The notes beneath the pieces were generated by a model. The model made no database searches. It was not told where the DNA came from and was given only the letters and a program-made list of their open reading frames with translations. Shown here one piece after another: positions 27,433 to 36,857 of a stretch of DNA of 64,000 nucleotides. Each line of letters begins with the position of its first letter. The stretch's first letter is position 1. Where the stretch lies: assembly GCA_037131775.1 (NCBI GenBank), contig JBAXQK010000001.1, forward strand, positions 12,708 to 76,707, given 5' to 3'. Position numbers and translations under genes: made by a program. The DNA is from Candidatus Uhrbacteria bacterium. Lineage in GTDB: Bacteria > Patescibacteriota > Patescibacteriia > UBA9934 > GWF2-40-263.

Positions 27433-28652
27433 ATGACCATTCTTTCCAACGATTACGCGTCGAATCTTCCGATTCCCACGAAGATTGCGCATGGCGGACC
27501 GGCGAACTTTGCGAGCGCATTCTCGGAGTACGTTGAAAAAAAGGGCACGCCTGGGTGGGAATCATTCGCCAGGACAGCGGCGTTTCCCCCGTGACACGCA
27601 TGCGCGCGGTCGGCTCGCGTGGAAACCGCTCGTACCACAAGGCGCATCTGCCGGGTTCGCGAATCGGGACGTTGCTCACGAAGGAATCCCGGGTGCGACT
27701 CGAGGACTATTTTGCGGAGGAGCTAGATGTGATTTCGGGATTCGTCCGGCGGATGAGGCCGGACGTCGTTTTTTTGAACGGCTTTGACATCCACGCATGG
27801 ATGATTCTCCTTGCGGCTTCGCGCGAGGGAATTCCCGTGGTGGCTCAGCATGCCGGCATCGCGCGCATCGAGTTTATGCTGTACCGGCACCTGTATACTC
27901 GGGCCGGAATGGCCATGATGCTCGAGATGGAGCGCGATATCGTGAAGCACGCCACGACCGAGATATTTCTGAACGCGTACAGCCGGGATACGTTTGCCTC
28001 CGTCGTTGCCCCCGTTCCATCGCGCCAGGCCACGGTCATTCCGCTTCCGTTCCTCGGAGCGTTTGACGCGAAGCGTTCCGTTCGCGCGCGAACAACGCTG
28101 GCTCGGGAAGATCGACTGACCGTGGGCTGCGTCGCGCGGTGGGATCGAATCAAGAACCACAAGGCGTTGTACGCGGTGGCGAAGGAGGCGAAGCGTCTCG
28201 GCTTGCCGTGGACGTTTCGCGCGGTGACGCGCATTCCGGACACGGCGTTCGACCGGCGGTTCAAGGATTCTTACCGAAAGCTGATCGACGTGGTCGATCC
28301 CATGCGTCAGACGGAACTTCCGGCGTTCTATCGTTCGATAGACCTGATGGTCCTTCCGTCCGTCTTCGACGTTTCGCCCACCGTCGTCATGGAGGCGGCG
28401 CTGGAGGGGAAACTGACGCTGATCTCGCCGGGAGTCGGATGGAACTCCGAATACCGCGCCTGCGGCATGGAGGAATGGATCGTCGATTTTTCCGATCCAA
28501 GCTCCGTTGTTCGGCGGCTTCTCGAGCTGAGCAAGAAGCGACCTCCCGCGCGGTTCGCGAACATGGTTCGCACAAAGCATGCCCCGGCCGCCGTCTTCGA
28601 ACGATTTCTCAAGACGCTTTTCTCCGAGATCGCTAAAACCCATCTCCTATGA
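27433..28652 (+). pseudogene. GT4-family glycosyltransferase gene split by a frameshift at an A7 homopolymer (27536-27542). The N-terminal 36 codons are in one frame and the remaining 365 codons in another.
   Basis: ATG 27433 encodes MTILSNDYASNLPIPTKIAHGGPANFASAFSEYVEKKG, a GT4 N-terminal motif, then stops. The main ORF at 27555..28652 carries the GT4 C-terminal domain (EAALEGKLTLISPGVGW). One additional A would fuse them as ...VEKKGHAWVGII..., restoring the GH motif. Confidence 0.5.
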
Positions 28653-29667
28653 GAATCGCACAACTCTGTTCGACGATACATCAGGTCAGTCCAAATTCCG
28701 CGCGCGGTATCTACGGCCTCGTGGGGAATTTGTGTGACGCGTTCACGGGCCGGGGCCACGACGTGACGCTGTTCGCGTCGGGAGACGCGCAGGTGAGGGG
28801 ACGAGTCTGTTCGCGCGTCGCGACGAACGGCGGATCGCGCGGTCTCTTCGAGGCCGAAGTGCTGCGCGAGAACATGGAGACCGCCTCCCTCTGCTTCAGT
28901 CAGGCGGAACAGTTCGACGTGATCCAATCCCACTTCTCGCTCCTCGGATGTCATTTCTCCCCCATTGTAAAAACGCCGTCCTTCCATTCGATCCACAGCC
29001 CGATCACCGCCGAGCTTGCCCCGCATCTGCTGCGATACCGGAAGGAGAAATTCATCAGTTTCAGTCTCGCCCAGCGCACCCAGCTTCCGGAGCTCAACTG
29101 GGTCGCGAACATCTACCACGGAATCGACACGAACCTTTACGCGTTCCAGGAGCAGCCGGAAGATTACGTCCTGTACCTCGGAAGGATCACGCAGGACAAG
29201 GGGGTCCACCACGCCATCGCGGCGGCGAAGGAAGCGAAGGTTCCGCTCGTGATCGCCGGCGTGAGCTACCAGAACGAGGGGTACTGGGCCAAGTTCATCG
29301 AGCCGCAGATCGACGGAGTCCAGGTGCGGTTCATCGGGCATGCGAACGTCGAGCAAAAGATCAAGCTGATGCAGAACGCGCGCGCCCTGCTGTTTCCGTC
29401 GCTCGCGCAGGAGACGTTGGGCCTCGTGATGATCGTGCGATGTCGTGCGGCACGCCGGTGATCGGCTTCGACGCCGGGGCCGTCCAGGAGGTGATCCAGG
29501 ACCAGGAGACGGGGTTCGTCGTGCGCACGGAGAAGCAGATGGCGGCCGCGATCAAGAAGATCAAGAACATCGATCGCCGCGCCGTCCGCCGCCGCGCCGA
29601 GACCTTTTTCAGCCTTGAACGCATGGCGGCCGGATACGAGCGGGTGTACCAGCGGTACGTAAAATAG
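28649..29667 (+). pseudogene. Second GT4-family glycosyltransferase gene, split by a frameshift near 29432-29445.
   Basis: Track ORF 28649..29461 encodes the GT4 N-terminal half (MRIAQL...GRGHDVTLFASG) and ends ...ETLGLVMIVRCRAARR*. Overlapping frame 28948..29667 contains the canonical continuation AMSCGTPVIGFDAGAVQEV. The expected E-A-M junction is disrupted by an apparent 1-nt loss, with no homopolymer at the site. Confidence 0.5.
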
Positions 29668-29744
29668 CCGGGAGGACTGCCGGCCCTTGCTATTTCCTGT
29701 CTTTTCCGGTAGACTCCACCAATTCTAAGCATCGAACAAAATCT

Positions 29745-30134
29745 ATGCCATACGTTTCAAAAATGGGAGGAAAGAAGAAATTCGGCGGCAACCCGGCCTG
29801 GAAGCGCCAGGGCAACGGCGGGGCGTCGAAGGGAGGATTTGCCGGCAAGCCGACGCATGGCGCCTTTGGAAGCGGCTTCGACAAGCCGGAGCTGTTCGAG
29901 GCCACCTGCGCCACGTGCGGCAAGCCCTGCAAGGTTCCGTTCAAGCCGAACGGCCGCAAGCCGGTCCTGTGCAGCGCCTGCTTCGAGAACGACGGCCCGT
30001 CCGAGTCGCGACGCCCGGAGGGTAAGTCCTTTGGCGGATCCAGCGAACGCGCGCCGTCCTCGGGTGACGCCCAGATGCTCAAGACCATCAACGCCAAGTT
30101 GGACGCGATCCTCGCGATGTTGAACGACTTGTAA
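29745..30134 (+). CDS. Gly/Lys-rich protein with a CxxC-x17-CxxC zinc-ribbon and a C-terminal helix.
   Basis: CATCGKPCKVPFKPNGRKPVLCSAC four-Cys ribbon. Low-complexity N-terminus. Confidence 0.45.
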   Translation: MPYVSKMGGKKKFGGNPAWKRQGNGGASKGGFAGKPTHGAFGSGFDKPELFEATCATCGKPCKVPFKPNGRKPVLCSACFENDGPSESRRPEGKSFGGSSERAPSSGDAQMLKTINAKLDAILAMLNDL

Positions 30135-30145
30135 AGCGAATCAAA

Positions 30146-30177
30146 CGCCCAGCCTCTCACGAGAGGCTGGGCGTTTT
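30146..30177. terminator. Bidirectional rho-independent terminator CGCCCAGCCTCTC...GAGAGGCTGGGCG flanked by AAA and TTTT, between convergent genes.
   Basis: Near-perfect 12-13-bp stem read directly from the sequence. Confidence 0.55.
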
Positions 30178-30212
30178 GCGATAAGAAAAATCCCTGCCGA
30201 GCGGGCAGGGGG

Positions 30213-31286
30213 TCAGCGGAGTTCGCGGATGGAGAGGTCCCAGTGGTGATGGTAGAGGCTCACGCCGAGTTCCGCGGACCAGCCGATGGTGACGAGCCTC
30301 CCCGAGTCCGTCAGGGACCGGAGCTCGTTTCGCGTCTCGACCGGGATCGTGTCCGTGACGTACAGGCGGTCGACCGCGCATCCGTCGGCGAGGAATCGCT
30401 TGGCGGCGCCGTCGCACAGAACGGCATGCGTGACCACGGCGTGGACGCATTGCGCGCCGCACTCCTCCTTGATGACGCGCGTGGCCTTGATGTTCGTTCC
30501 CCCGGTGGCGATCTCGTCGTCCACGCAGAGAACCGTTGCTCCGCGCAGGGCGCTCGTCGCGCCGAACAGCTGTTTCAGCTCCGTCTCGGTGCTGGACGCC
30601 CGGCGCTTGATTCCGCAGACGACGGGAAGGTGGATGGAGAATTCCCTCTCGATCGCGTCGATTGCCTTGCCGGTGCGCTTGGCGGATCCGTCATCCGGAA
30701 AGGCCAGGCAGACGCGTTCTCCCGCCGCGATCGCCGCTCGGATCGCCGCCTTGAGGACGAGTCGGATCAGCGTGAGTTCCGTGATGAGTCCGGTCGGGCC
30801 GGCCATGACCATCTGCGGCGCGTGCATGTCGACCGCGATGATGCGGTCAAGGTGAGCCGTCGTCGTGTGGGCGGCGCCCATCATCTGGGAGATGACGTAC
30901 TGCGGGAGCGAGAACTCATCCTCGCCCTCGTCCTTGTCCGACCGGCACAGGGGGAAATATCCCGTCGCGAGCGCGATTCGCTTCGCGCGCCGCCCCGCCG
31001 TGTATCGGAGCAGCAGGTTGAGCTGCCCGAGCATTTCCCAGTTTCCCGGGCCGCTCGCGATGATGACGCAGTCGTGGCCGCCCACGTGCTGCTTGCTGAA
31101 CTTCAGGAACGGCTCGCCGCTCGCCCTGCTTCCGAAAACGGGCACCTTGATGTCTACCGGGGTATAGCGCCTTCCTCGTTTCCGGCTGTACTCCTCGACG
31201 GCCGCCGCCGCCTGGATGGCCTGGGCCTCGAAGCCGGGCATGGGGATGAACGTAAGGCCGCCGTTGTCGTTGTGGGGAATCCGCAT
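30213..31286 (-). CDS. prs: Ribose-phosphate pyrophosphokinase (PRPP synthetase).
   Basis: GEPFLKF..HVGGHDCVIIAS, ALATGYFPLCRSDK and VDDEIATGGT PRPP-binding motifs align with E. coli Prs from memory. Confidence 0.75.
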   Translation of the reverse strand: MRIPHNDNGGLTFIPMPGFEAQAIQAAAAVEEYSRKRGRRYTPVDIKVPVFGSRASGEPFLKFSKQHVGGHDCVIIASGPGNWEMLGQLNLLLRYTAGRRAKRIALATGYFPLCRSDKDEGEDEFSLPQYVISQMMGAAHTTTAHLDRIIAVDMHAPQMVMAGPTGLITELTLIRLVLKAAIRAAIAAGERVCLAFPDDGSAKRTGKAIDAIEREFSIHLPVVCGIKRRASSTETELKQLFGATSALRGATVLCVDDEIATGGTNIKATRVIKEECGAQCVHAVVTHAVLCDGAAKRFLADGCAVDRLYVTDTIPVETRNELRSLTDSGRLVTIGWSAELGVSLYHHHWDLSIRELR

Positions 31287-31378
31287 GGTCTACTAACCTC
31301 CGCCGGAAGTTAAACAGGAAACGGCCTCCTCGTCAATGCATTCCGGCCACGAACCTGGTACACTGTCCCGCAGAACAA

Positions 31379-31954
31379 TTGTCATATCCTATGATCGATC
31401 AAATTGTCGCCCTCGACCTGCGGGTTCTCCATGCCATCATTGCGACGCGTACGGAGAATTTGCTTCTATTTTTCAAGTTCGTGACGCTTCTCGCCTCGCC
31501 CGTCGTGGTCGTCCTTGGCATCGGCGCCGTCTGCTGCGGCCTTGCGATTCGCAAACAGCTGAAGGTGGCCGTCGTTCTGTGTTCCGGCCTGGTCGTGACG
31601 GAAGCCGCCATGTTCACGCTGAAGCACCTGATCCGCCGCGATCGTCCGGACGCTGCTCTCCACGCCGTCGTTGAGGACGGGTTCTCCATGCCGAGCGGAC
31701 ACGCGACCTCGGCGGCGTTTTTCTTCGGAGTGCTCGCGTACCTGCTCGTGCGGGGGCCGGTCCTTCGAAAATGGCAGAAGGTCGTCGCCGTTCTCGTCGC
31801 GTTGGCCGCGGTCATCGCCGTCGATTTCAGCCGCATGTATCTCGGCGTGCACTATCTGAGCGACGTGATCGCCGGAAACGTCGTCGGTTTCCTCGGTCTG
31901 TTCGCGACCATTGCGGTTATCGAGCGTCTTCGGAACGAAAAGAGGGTAACGTAA
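31379..31954 (+). CDS. PAP2-family membrane phosphatase (undecaprenyl-diphosphatase / phosphatidate phosphatase-like).
   Basis: KHLIRRDRP, PSGH and SRMYLGVHYLSDV are the three PAP2 signature motifs. Confidence 0.7.
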   Translation: MSYPMIDQIVALDLRVLHAIIATRTENLLLFFKFVTLLASPVVVVLGIGAVCCGLAIRKQLKVAVVLCSGLVVTEAAMFTLKHLIRRDRPDAALHAVVEDGFSMPSGHATSAAFFFGVLAYLLVRGPVLRKWQKVVAVLVALAAVIAVDFSRMYLGVHYLSDVIAGNVVGFLGLFATIAVIERLRNEKRVT

Positions 31955-31958
31955 GCAT

Positions 31959-32588
31959 ATGCCGAAGATCAGCGCGATCGGGTTCGATTGGGGCGGGGTG
32001 GTCTCGCAGTATCCGGGAAAAAGCTTCAACGACGCCGCGGCGGAGTTTCTTGGCGTGGACAATGAGGCGTTCCGGCGGGCGTATTTTTTGCACAACCACA
32101 TGGTCAACAAGGGACCGGACGCGAAGACGTATGAGACGGCCGTCGAGATGTGGCTGGAGATCCTGACGGAACTTGGCATCCCGGGGCGGACGGACGCGTT
32201 TGTCGAGTTCGTACGGGCCCGTCCGCAGGCGCAGATCAACGAGGAGGTCGTCGGACTGATCAAGCGCCTTCGCAGGCTCGGCTGGAAGGTCGGCCTGTTT
32301 AGCAACAACTCCGCGGAGAACGCGACGGATTTTCGATATCGCGGGTACGACACCTGGTTCGACGTCTCGCTTTTTTCGGGCGACGTGAACCGTATGAAGC
32401 CCGAGCCCGAGGCGTTTGAGATGCTTGCCGAGGCGCTCGGCGTGCCCGTCACGGAGCTTGTCTTCATAGACGATTCGGAGCGAAGCCTGTCGACGGCGGC
32501 TGAGGTTGGCTATGAGCCTATTCTGTTCACGACGGTAGAGTCCTTGACCGAACGGCTCGAGGAACTGGGGCTTTTGCGAAAACTCTGA
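31959..32588 (+). CDS. HAD-superfamily hydrolase (subfamily IA-like).
   Basis: Motif I IGFDWGGV, motif II LFSNNS, and LVFIDD as the motif IV Asp. Confidence 0.7.
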   Translation: MPKISAIGFDWGGVVSQYPGKSFNDAAAEFLGVDNEAFRRAYFLHNHMVNKGPDAKTYETAVEMWLEILTELGIPGRTDAFVEFVRARPQAQINEEVVGLIKRLRRLGWKVGLFSNNSAENATDFRYRGYDTWFDVSLFSGDVNRMKPEPEAFEMLAEALGVPVTELVFIDDSERSLSTAAEVGYEPILFTTVESLTERLEELGLLRKL

Positions 32589-32600
32589 TAGACTGGGCAC

Positions 32601-32942
32601 ATGATACGTTTGGTTTCCATGCTGATTGCCTCCCTTGTCCTTGCCTTCGCCACGATCGGCGGATTGGCGGTGCTTGGAATGGAAGGGGACGGAATGCAGA
32701 TGGACGCGGGGCATGGCAGCATGGACTGCCTGTCGCACTGCCTCGGCGTCGCGTCGTCGGCCTCGACGGGAATCGCGTCCGCGATCGTTTCGACGGTTGG
32801 GTTCGCCACCCTGTTCGTTTTGCTGCTCATCGTCTGGCAGTCGTCGGAGGCTGAGACGATTCCGTCGATCGTCCGCTGGCGCGAGGGAATCGGCAAACGA
32901 TACAGGCAACGGGAACTCGCCGTCGTGAGAATCCAGGATTGA
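32601..32942 (+). CDS. Small membrane protein with a Met/His/Cys-rich segment (MEGDGMQMDAGHGSMDCLSHC); possible copper-handling accessory protein.
   Basis: Two TM helices flank a segment rich in metal-ligand residues. Lies immediately upstream of copA. Confidence 0.35.
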   Translation: MIRLVSMLIASLVLAFATIGGLAVLGMEGDGMQMDAGHGSMDCLSHCLGVASSASTGIASAIVSTVGFATLFVLLLIVWQSSEAETIPSIVRWREGIGKRYRQRELAVVRIQD

Positions 32943-33056
32943 GAGGCGGCCGGGAGCGATCTTGCTTTTGGCTGCTTTTATTTATCCTCAATATTGCGAG
33001 CTCGCTCAGTGCGAAGCAATCCCAACGAGGGGATGCATCGGCCTCCGGGCCTCGCA

Positions 33057-35306
33057 ATGACATATGATATGACCGAGAAAAAAACCTATAAGATCGCCGG
33101 AATGCACTGCGCATCCTGCGCGGGGATCATTCAGAAGACGTTTCAGAAGATGAACGGAGTCGCGTCCGCCGAGGTGAACTATGCGACCGAGACGGCGAAG
33201 GTCGCGTTCGACGCGGGGAAGACGAGCGCGGAGACGCTCTCCGCGGCGATCCTGCCGCTTGGGTATTCGCTCGTGCTCGACAAGGAGACGAGCGGGACGA
33301 AAGCCCCTGAGAACAAGGAGGCGAACCCACTGCCAGTTTTGCTTCCGATCGTCGCGGTCAGCCTGTACGTCATGGGCTGGGACGCGCTGATCGCGTTCGG
33401 GTATCTGCCGAAGATGACAGTGTTCTGGAGCGAGTTTTTCCATCATCTCCTCCCGCTGATTGCGACCTACGCGCTGTTTGTCGTCGGAAAGCCGTTCCTG
33501 CAGGGCGTGTACCGATTCCTTCGCTATGGAAAGGCCAACATGGATACGCTCATTGGCATCGGTACGCTGGCGGCATATCTTTACAGCGCCACGATCGGCG
33601 CGTTCGAGGAATCGCTTGCGCCGTATCTGAACGTGGAACAGTCGTACTTCGACGTGACGATCGTCGTCATCTCGTTCGTGACCATCGGCAAGTGGCTGGA
33701 GGCGCGGGCGAAGCGTAAGACGGGCGATGCCATTCAGGGACTGATGAAGCTGCAGGCCAAGATGGCGACGGTCGTGCGCGACGGCAAGGAAGTCGAGGTT
33801 CCGATCGGGGACGTGGCCGTGGGCGACATCGTCGTCATCAAGCCGGCCGGGAGGATTCCGGTCGACGGGACGGTCGTGGAGGGAGCGTCGTATCTCGACG
33901 AGTCGCTCGTGACCGGGGAGCCGATGCCGGTGAAGAAGGTCGCGGGCGATTCCGTCGTGTCGGGGACGATGAACGGCGACGGGGCGTTCACGTTCCGCGC
34001 GACGAAGGTTGGCGCGGACACGATGCTCGCGCGGATCGTCGCGATGGTCGAGGAAGCGCAGGGAAGCCGCGCGCCGATCCAGGCGATGGCCGACAGGATT
34101 TCAGAAGTATTCGTGCCGACCGTGCTCGTGATCGCCTTCGGATCGCTTGCGGCCTGGCTGACCGTCGGGACGTATTACTTGGGATTCGCGCAGGCCTTGT
34201 CGTTCGGCCTTTCGTCGTTCGTGGGCGTTCTCGTGATCGCGTGCCCGTGCGCGCTCGGGCTTGCGACGCCGACGGCGATTATCGTCGGGGTAGGCAAGGG
34301 CGCCAAGGAGGGGATTCTGGTGAAGGACGCCGCGGCGCTCGAGATGCTCGGGAAGGCAAACGTCGTCGCGATGGACAAGACCGGGACGCTGACGAAGGGA
34401 AAGCCGGAAGTCGTGTCCGTGAAGGCCGTGGCGCCGATGACGGATGACCGGGCGGTGGCGATTCTTGCCTCGCTTGAGGGTCGCTCGGAGCATCCGATCG
34501 CGCATGCCATCCTTTCTTACGTGACGGGCCGGAAGATCTCCGCGCCTTCCGTCGACGGTTTCGAGGCGATCAAGGGGATGGGGGTGAAGGGGAGGGTCGA
34601 TGGGACGACCTATTGGGCCGGGAACGTTCGGCTGATCCGGTCGCTTGCCATCGCGTTCGATGTTTCGACGCTTGAACACGAAACATCGTCAGGGAACACT
34701 CCAGTGATTCTCGCGACGGCCAAGGGGGTCGTCGCGGTCGTCATGGTCGCGGATCCGGTAAAGCCGGAGGCCGTCCAGGCCGTTCGCCATCTCCACGATC
34801 TCGGCCTGAAGGTCGTGATGCTCACGGGCGACGCGAAAGGGACGGCGGAGTTCATCGGCGCGCAGGTTGGCGTCGACGAGGTGGTGGCGGAGGCACTGCC
34901 GGAAGGAAAGCTTGAAAAGATCAGGTCGCTCCAGGCGGAAGGAAGAATCGTCGCGATGGCGGGCGACGGGGTCAACGACGCACCGGCGCTCGCGCAGGCG
35001 AACGTCGGGATCGCGATGGCGACCGGAACCGACGTGGCGATCGATTCCGCGGGAATCACGCTGCTGCACGGCGACATCGGAAAGATCGCGAAGTCCGTCG
35101 CGTTGTCGAAGCTGACGATGCGCGGGATTCGACAAAACCTGTTCTGGGCGTTCTGCTACAACGTGGTTGGCATTCCGCTCGCGGCCGGCCTGCTCTATCC
35201 GGTCTTCGGCTGGACGCTCAGCCCGGTGTTTGCCGGCGCGGCCATGGCGTTCTCCAGCGTGTCCGTGGTGATGAACTCGCTCCGTCTGAAGACGGTGAAG
35301 CTCTAG
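33057..35306 (+). CDS. copA: Copper-translocating P1B-type ATPase.
   Basis: N-terminal HMA domain GMHCASCAGII, CPC motif IACPCALGLATP, DKTGTLT phosphorylation site, and GDGVNDAPAL hinge. Confidence 0.85.
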   Translation: MTYDMTEKKTYKIAGMHCASCAGIIQKTFQKMNGVASAEVNYATETAKVAFDAGKTSAETLSAAILPLGYSLVLDKETSGTKAPENKEANPLPVLLPIVAVSLYVMGWDALIAFGYLPKMTVFWSEFFHHLLPLIATYALFVVGKPFLQGVYRFLRYGKANMDTLIGIGTLAAYLYSATIGAFEESLAPYLNVEQSYFDVTIVVISFVTIGKWLEARAKRKTGDAIQGLMKLQAKMATVVRDGKEVEVPIGDVAVGDIVVIKPAGRIPVDGTVVEGASYLDESLVTGEPMPVKKVAGDSVVSGTMNGDGAFTFRATKVGADTMLARIVAMVEEAQGSRAPIQAMADRISEVFVPTVLVIAFGSLAAWLTVGTYYLGFAQALSFGLSSFVGVLVIACPCALGLATPTAIIVGVGKGAKEGILVKDAAALEMLGKANVVAMDKTGTLTKGKPEVVSVKAVAPMTDDRAVAILASLEGRSEHPIAHAILSYVTGRKISAPSVDGFEAIKGMGVKGRVDGTTYWAGNVRLIRSLAIAFDVSTLEHETSSGNTPVILATAKGVVAVVMVADPVKPEAVQAVRHLHDLGLKVVMLTGDAKGTAEFIGAQVGVDEVVAEALPEGKLEKIRSLQAEGRIVAMAGDGVNDAPALAQANVGIAMATGTDVAIDSAGITLLHGDIGKIAKSVALSKLTMRGIRQNLFWAFCYNVVGIPLAAGLLYPVFGWTLSPVFAGAAMAFSSVSVVMNSLRLKTVKL

Positions 35307-35307
35307 T

Positions 35308-36330
35308 ATGGAATCGCACAAATTCTACGTCTCGGGGATGCACTGCCAGGCGTGCGTGCTCATGACCGAAAGCGAGCTGAAGGACTGTCCGTGCGTGACG
35401 AGCGCGACCACAAGTTTGAAGGAGGAGACGGTGGTCGTCGTTGGCGAGTTCGAGGGAAGGGACGCGACTGCCATTGCGGAGGAACTGACGAAAGTTCTTA
35501 CAAAACATGGGTATGCGCTTAGCGTCGAGCGCCCGGTGCCCGCTGCTAAGCGATGGGGTGAGTTCGCCTACGCCATCCCGCTCGCGTTTGCCCTCATTCT
35601 CGCGTTTGCCGGACTCCAACAGTTCGGACTCGTGAACCTAATCCCGGGAGGAACCGTGAGCTACGCGACTCCGCTCTTCGTCGGAATCGTCGCCTCGCTT
35701 TCGAGTTGCCTCGCGGTGGTGGGCGGGCTCGTGCTCACTCTGTCCGCGACGTTCGCGAAATCGGGAAGCACCGTGCGTCCGATCGCGACGTTTCATATCG
35801 CGAGGATCGTCTCGTTCTTCGTCTTGGGAGGAGCGATCGGCGCACTCGGTTCCGCGTTCCGGCTGGGGACGACCGCGACGCTCGTGGTCCAAATTGTCCT
35901 CGCGGCGGTCATGCTCGTCCTCGGCGTCAATCTCCTCGATCTGCTTGCAAGCGCAAAGAGGTTCCAGCCGTCGATGCCGAAGTTCGTCTCCGCCCGCGTC
36001 GTCCGTGCGTCCAAACTGACGAACGGTTTCGTCCCGGCCCTCGTTGGCGCGCTGACCTTCTTCCTTCCGTGTGGATTCACGCAGTCGATGCAGCTATACG
36101 CGCTTTCGACCGGATCGTTCCTGGCGGGCGCGCTCACCATGCTCGCGTTCTCGATCGGAACCTTTCCGGTCCTGGCGCTTGTAAGTTTCGGCTCGTTCAA
36201 GCTGGAAAAGAGCGCACGGAAGGGAATCTTCCTGCGAGCCGCGGGAATCCTCGTCATCGCGTTCGCCATCTTTAACCTGACGAACGCGCTTGTGGCAGCC
36301 GGATACATTCAGCCGATATTCAATATCTAG
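35308..36330 (+). CDS. HMA (heavy-metal-associated) domain fused to a polytopic DsbD_2/TauE-like membrane domain; putative metal chaperone-permease.
   Basis: N-terminal GMHCQACV...CPC. A membrane domain with conserved Cys (SSCLAVVGG, FFLPCGFTQ). Translationally coupled to copA (stop and start 1 nt apart). Confidence 0.5.
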   Translation: MESHKFYVSGMHCQACVLMTESELKDCPCVTSATTSLKEETVVVVGEFEGRDATAIAEELTKVLTKHGYALSVERPVPAAKRWGEFAYAIPLAFALILAFAGLQQFGLVNLIPGGTVSYATPLFVGIVASLSSCLAVVGGLVLTLSATFAKSGSTVRPIATFHIARIVSFFVLGGAIGALGSAFRLGTTATLVVQIVLAAVMLVLGVNLLDLLASAKRFQPSMPKFVSARVVRASKLTNGFVPALVGALTFFLPCGFTQSMQLYALSTGSFLAGALTMLAFSIGTFPVLALVSFGSFKLEKSARKGIFLRAAGILVIAFAIFNLTNALVAAGYIQPIFNI

Positions 36331-36343
36331 AATCGAATACAAT

Positions 36344-36751
36344 ATGTCGTCAAACCCATTTCTCTACATCGTCATCGGGATCGTATTGATCGGAGGGTTC
36401 GTTCTGCTCAGCGGAGGAGGGAAGTCAACGACGGTTGCCTCGACGTCCGGCGCGTCGGCCGGTTCGAACGTCGAGATCGTCGACGGAACGCAAATCGTGA
36501 CGATCGAGGCGAAGGGTGGGTATACGCCGGGATCGAGCGTCGCAAAGGCCGGAATCCCTACGATCCTTCGGTTCGTGACGAGCGGCGCCTACGATTGCTC
36601 ATCGAGCGTCGTCATCCCAAGCCGCAAGATCGCGCAGGACCTTCCCGCGACCGGAACGACTGACATCGACGTCGGCACGCTCGCGCCGGGAACGCTGAGC
36701 GGCACGTGCTCGATGGGGATGTACCGGTTCAGCGTGGAGGCGAAGTCGTGA
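36344..36751 (+). CDS. Membrane-anchored cupredoxin-like copper-binding protein.
   Basis: N-terminal TM anchor and a beta-rich domain with Cys/Met candidate ligands (DCSSS...GTCSMGMYRF). Lies within the cop cluster. Confidence 0.4.
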   Translation: MSSNPFLYIVIGIVLIGGFVLLSGGGKSTTVASTSGASAGSNVEIVDGTQIVTIEAKGGYTPGSSVAKAGIPTILRFVTSGAYDCSSSVVIPSRKIAQDLPATGTTDIDVGTLAPGTLSGTCSMGMYRFSVEAKS

Positions 36752-36754
36752 TCC

Positions 36755-36852
36755 CGACGGGACGAAAGTCCCTGGGAAGCGCACGGGACTAAAGTCCCTA
36801 TGAAATCAAAGTCCTGGGAATTGATATTCCCAGGGACTTTAGTCCCGCTCGA
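36755..36852. repeat. Cluster of nested palindromes of the GGGAC(G/T)AAAGTCCC family (copies at 36759-36772, 36785-36798 and 36833-36846), plus AAAGTCCTGGGAAT-tgat-ATTCCCAGGGACTTT.
   Basis: Fills the convergent intergenic region between the cupredoxin-like gene and msrA. The same family is seen at 1826-1852 and 49900-49975. Confidence 0.55.
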
Positions 36853-36857
36853 TCGTT

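Noticed and set aside
27485-27787. 100-aa ORF TLKKRARLGGNHSPGQRRF... as a separate gene.
   Set aside because: It is the third-frame shadow across the GT4 frameshift region, Arg/Gly-rich with no features.
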